DNA from: Schmidtea nova
Lineage: Eukaryota
Direction: 5' to 3'
Assembly (NCBI GenBank): GCA_044892505.1
Contig: CM097882.1
Location: forward strand, 153,078,001-153,142,000
DNA length: 64,000 nt
The translations under genes and the position numbers were made by a program. Shown here piece by piece: positions 63,205 through 64,000 of the stretch (positions within the stretch are counted from its first letter, which is position 1; each line of letters opens with the position of its first letter). Under the pieces are notes generated by a model, which was not told the origin of the DNA, did not search any database, and saw nothing but the letters and a program-made list of their open reading frames with translations.

Positions 63205-64000
63205 TTAATATTTGAGATTTATTACAATAACATGAATATTTACAGATAAAATTAGTTTTATTTAAGCAAATTAAAGTTAAGAAACTTTTTAAAAATAATT
63301 ATCCATGTGAGTTATTTAATTTATTATTTATTATGTAATAACTACAAAAAAAGTAAAAATTAAATTAAATAATTAACTAATTTCGTTTACCCTTGAATTT
63401 GAAAATAATTTTAAATTTATAAATATATTTAAAATATTATTTTAAGCATTTTTTATTGCCAAATTATTTTTGGTTTCAAATTGAAAGCAGTTACTGTCTG
63501 TTCGTGTAGACATTCATAGATAAGTTTCAGTGAAATTTATAGAAAAACTAAATTAATATATGTTAAAGATTATAGATTGCCCGAAGGGTTTTTTAAAGTT
63601 AATAAAAATTATTTTGAAGTAAGCTGTTATGAAATAAATAATAATATATTTAATAAATATATTTAAATATATTTAAACACGACAATATTTAAAACTAATA
63701 AATATTAATATTATATATGTAATATTAAATAACAGATCAATGATGTCTTCTCTCTGAATCTCTACTACTATAAGTTTTCATTCTATTGACTTTCTTCCTA
63801 ACCAATGTATAGTATATTTAAGATGGATAGAAGTGTATAGAGTTACCAAATCGAGGGTAAAGAGGTAATAAAATTTTGCGTGGGTGGTTTTTTCTGTTTT
63901 ATTACATTTTTCATGAGACAGTCACTGCTTTGAAGATGGTGTGGTCAAACAGTGGTTTTAGAATCTTGGAGAGAAACCAACTAACCTTGGTTGTTGGACG

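Overview
AT-rich eukaryotic genomic DNA. It is probably from an invertebrate animal (inference from a 52-bp GT-AG intron between EGF-like exons and a metazoan-type transposon set). No prokaryotic features were found. Bases 1-48667 are a head-to-tail tandem array with 8 complete units plus a partial one that runs off the left edge. Each unit is a constant 5782-bp core plus a variable (AT)n tract. The core is a scramble of dead mobile elements: a Ty3/Gypsy pol fragment (+), (AT)n, a Penelope-like (PLE) RT fragment (-), a 71-bp hairpin, a 3014-bp hAT-type (hATm-like) DNA transposon with a broken transposase (-), and a PLE GIY-YIG fragment (+). The four N-runs in the array are length-exact masks of the longest (AT)n tracts. 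Just past the array the PLE remnant continues into a canonical minimal hammerhead ribozyme motif (48761-48805). Next is the most unusual object, a 688-bp insertion (49223-49910) flanked by a 12-bp direct repeat and built from three ~220-bp palindromes. The palindrome arms carry a variant minimal hammerhead motif (U3-A8 core), and the loop matches a motif inside the amplified hAT element at 26/26 and 30/31 bp. A second member of this inverted-repeat family, with a different spacer, lies at 57466-57844. The rest holds two EGF-like host exons, a dead Tc1 element, two Merlin relics, hAT, pogo and piggyBac MITEs, and degenerate ORFs of unknown origin at 58.3-59.7 kb. All comparisons were made by eye and by coordinate arithmetic; no searches were run.
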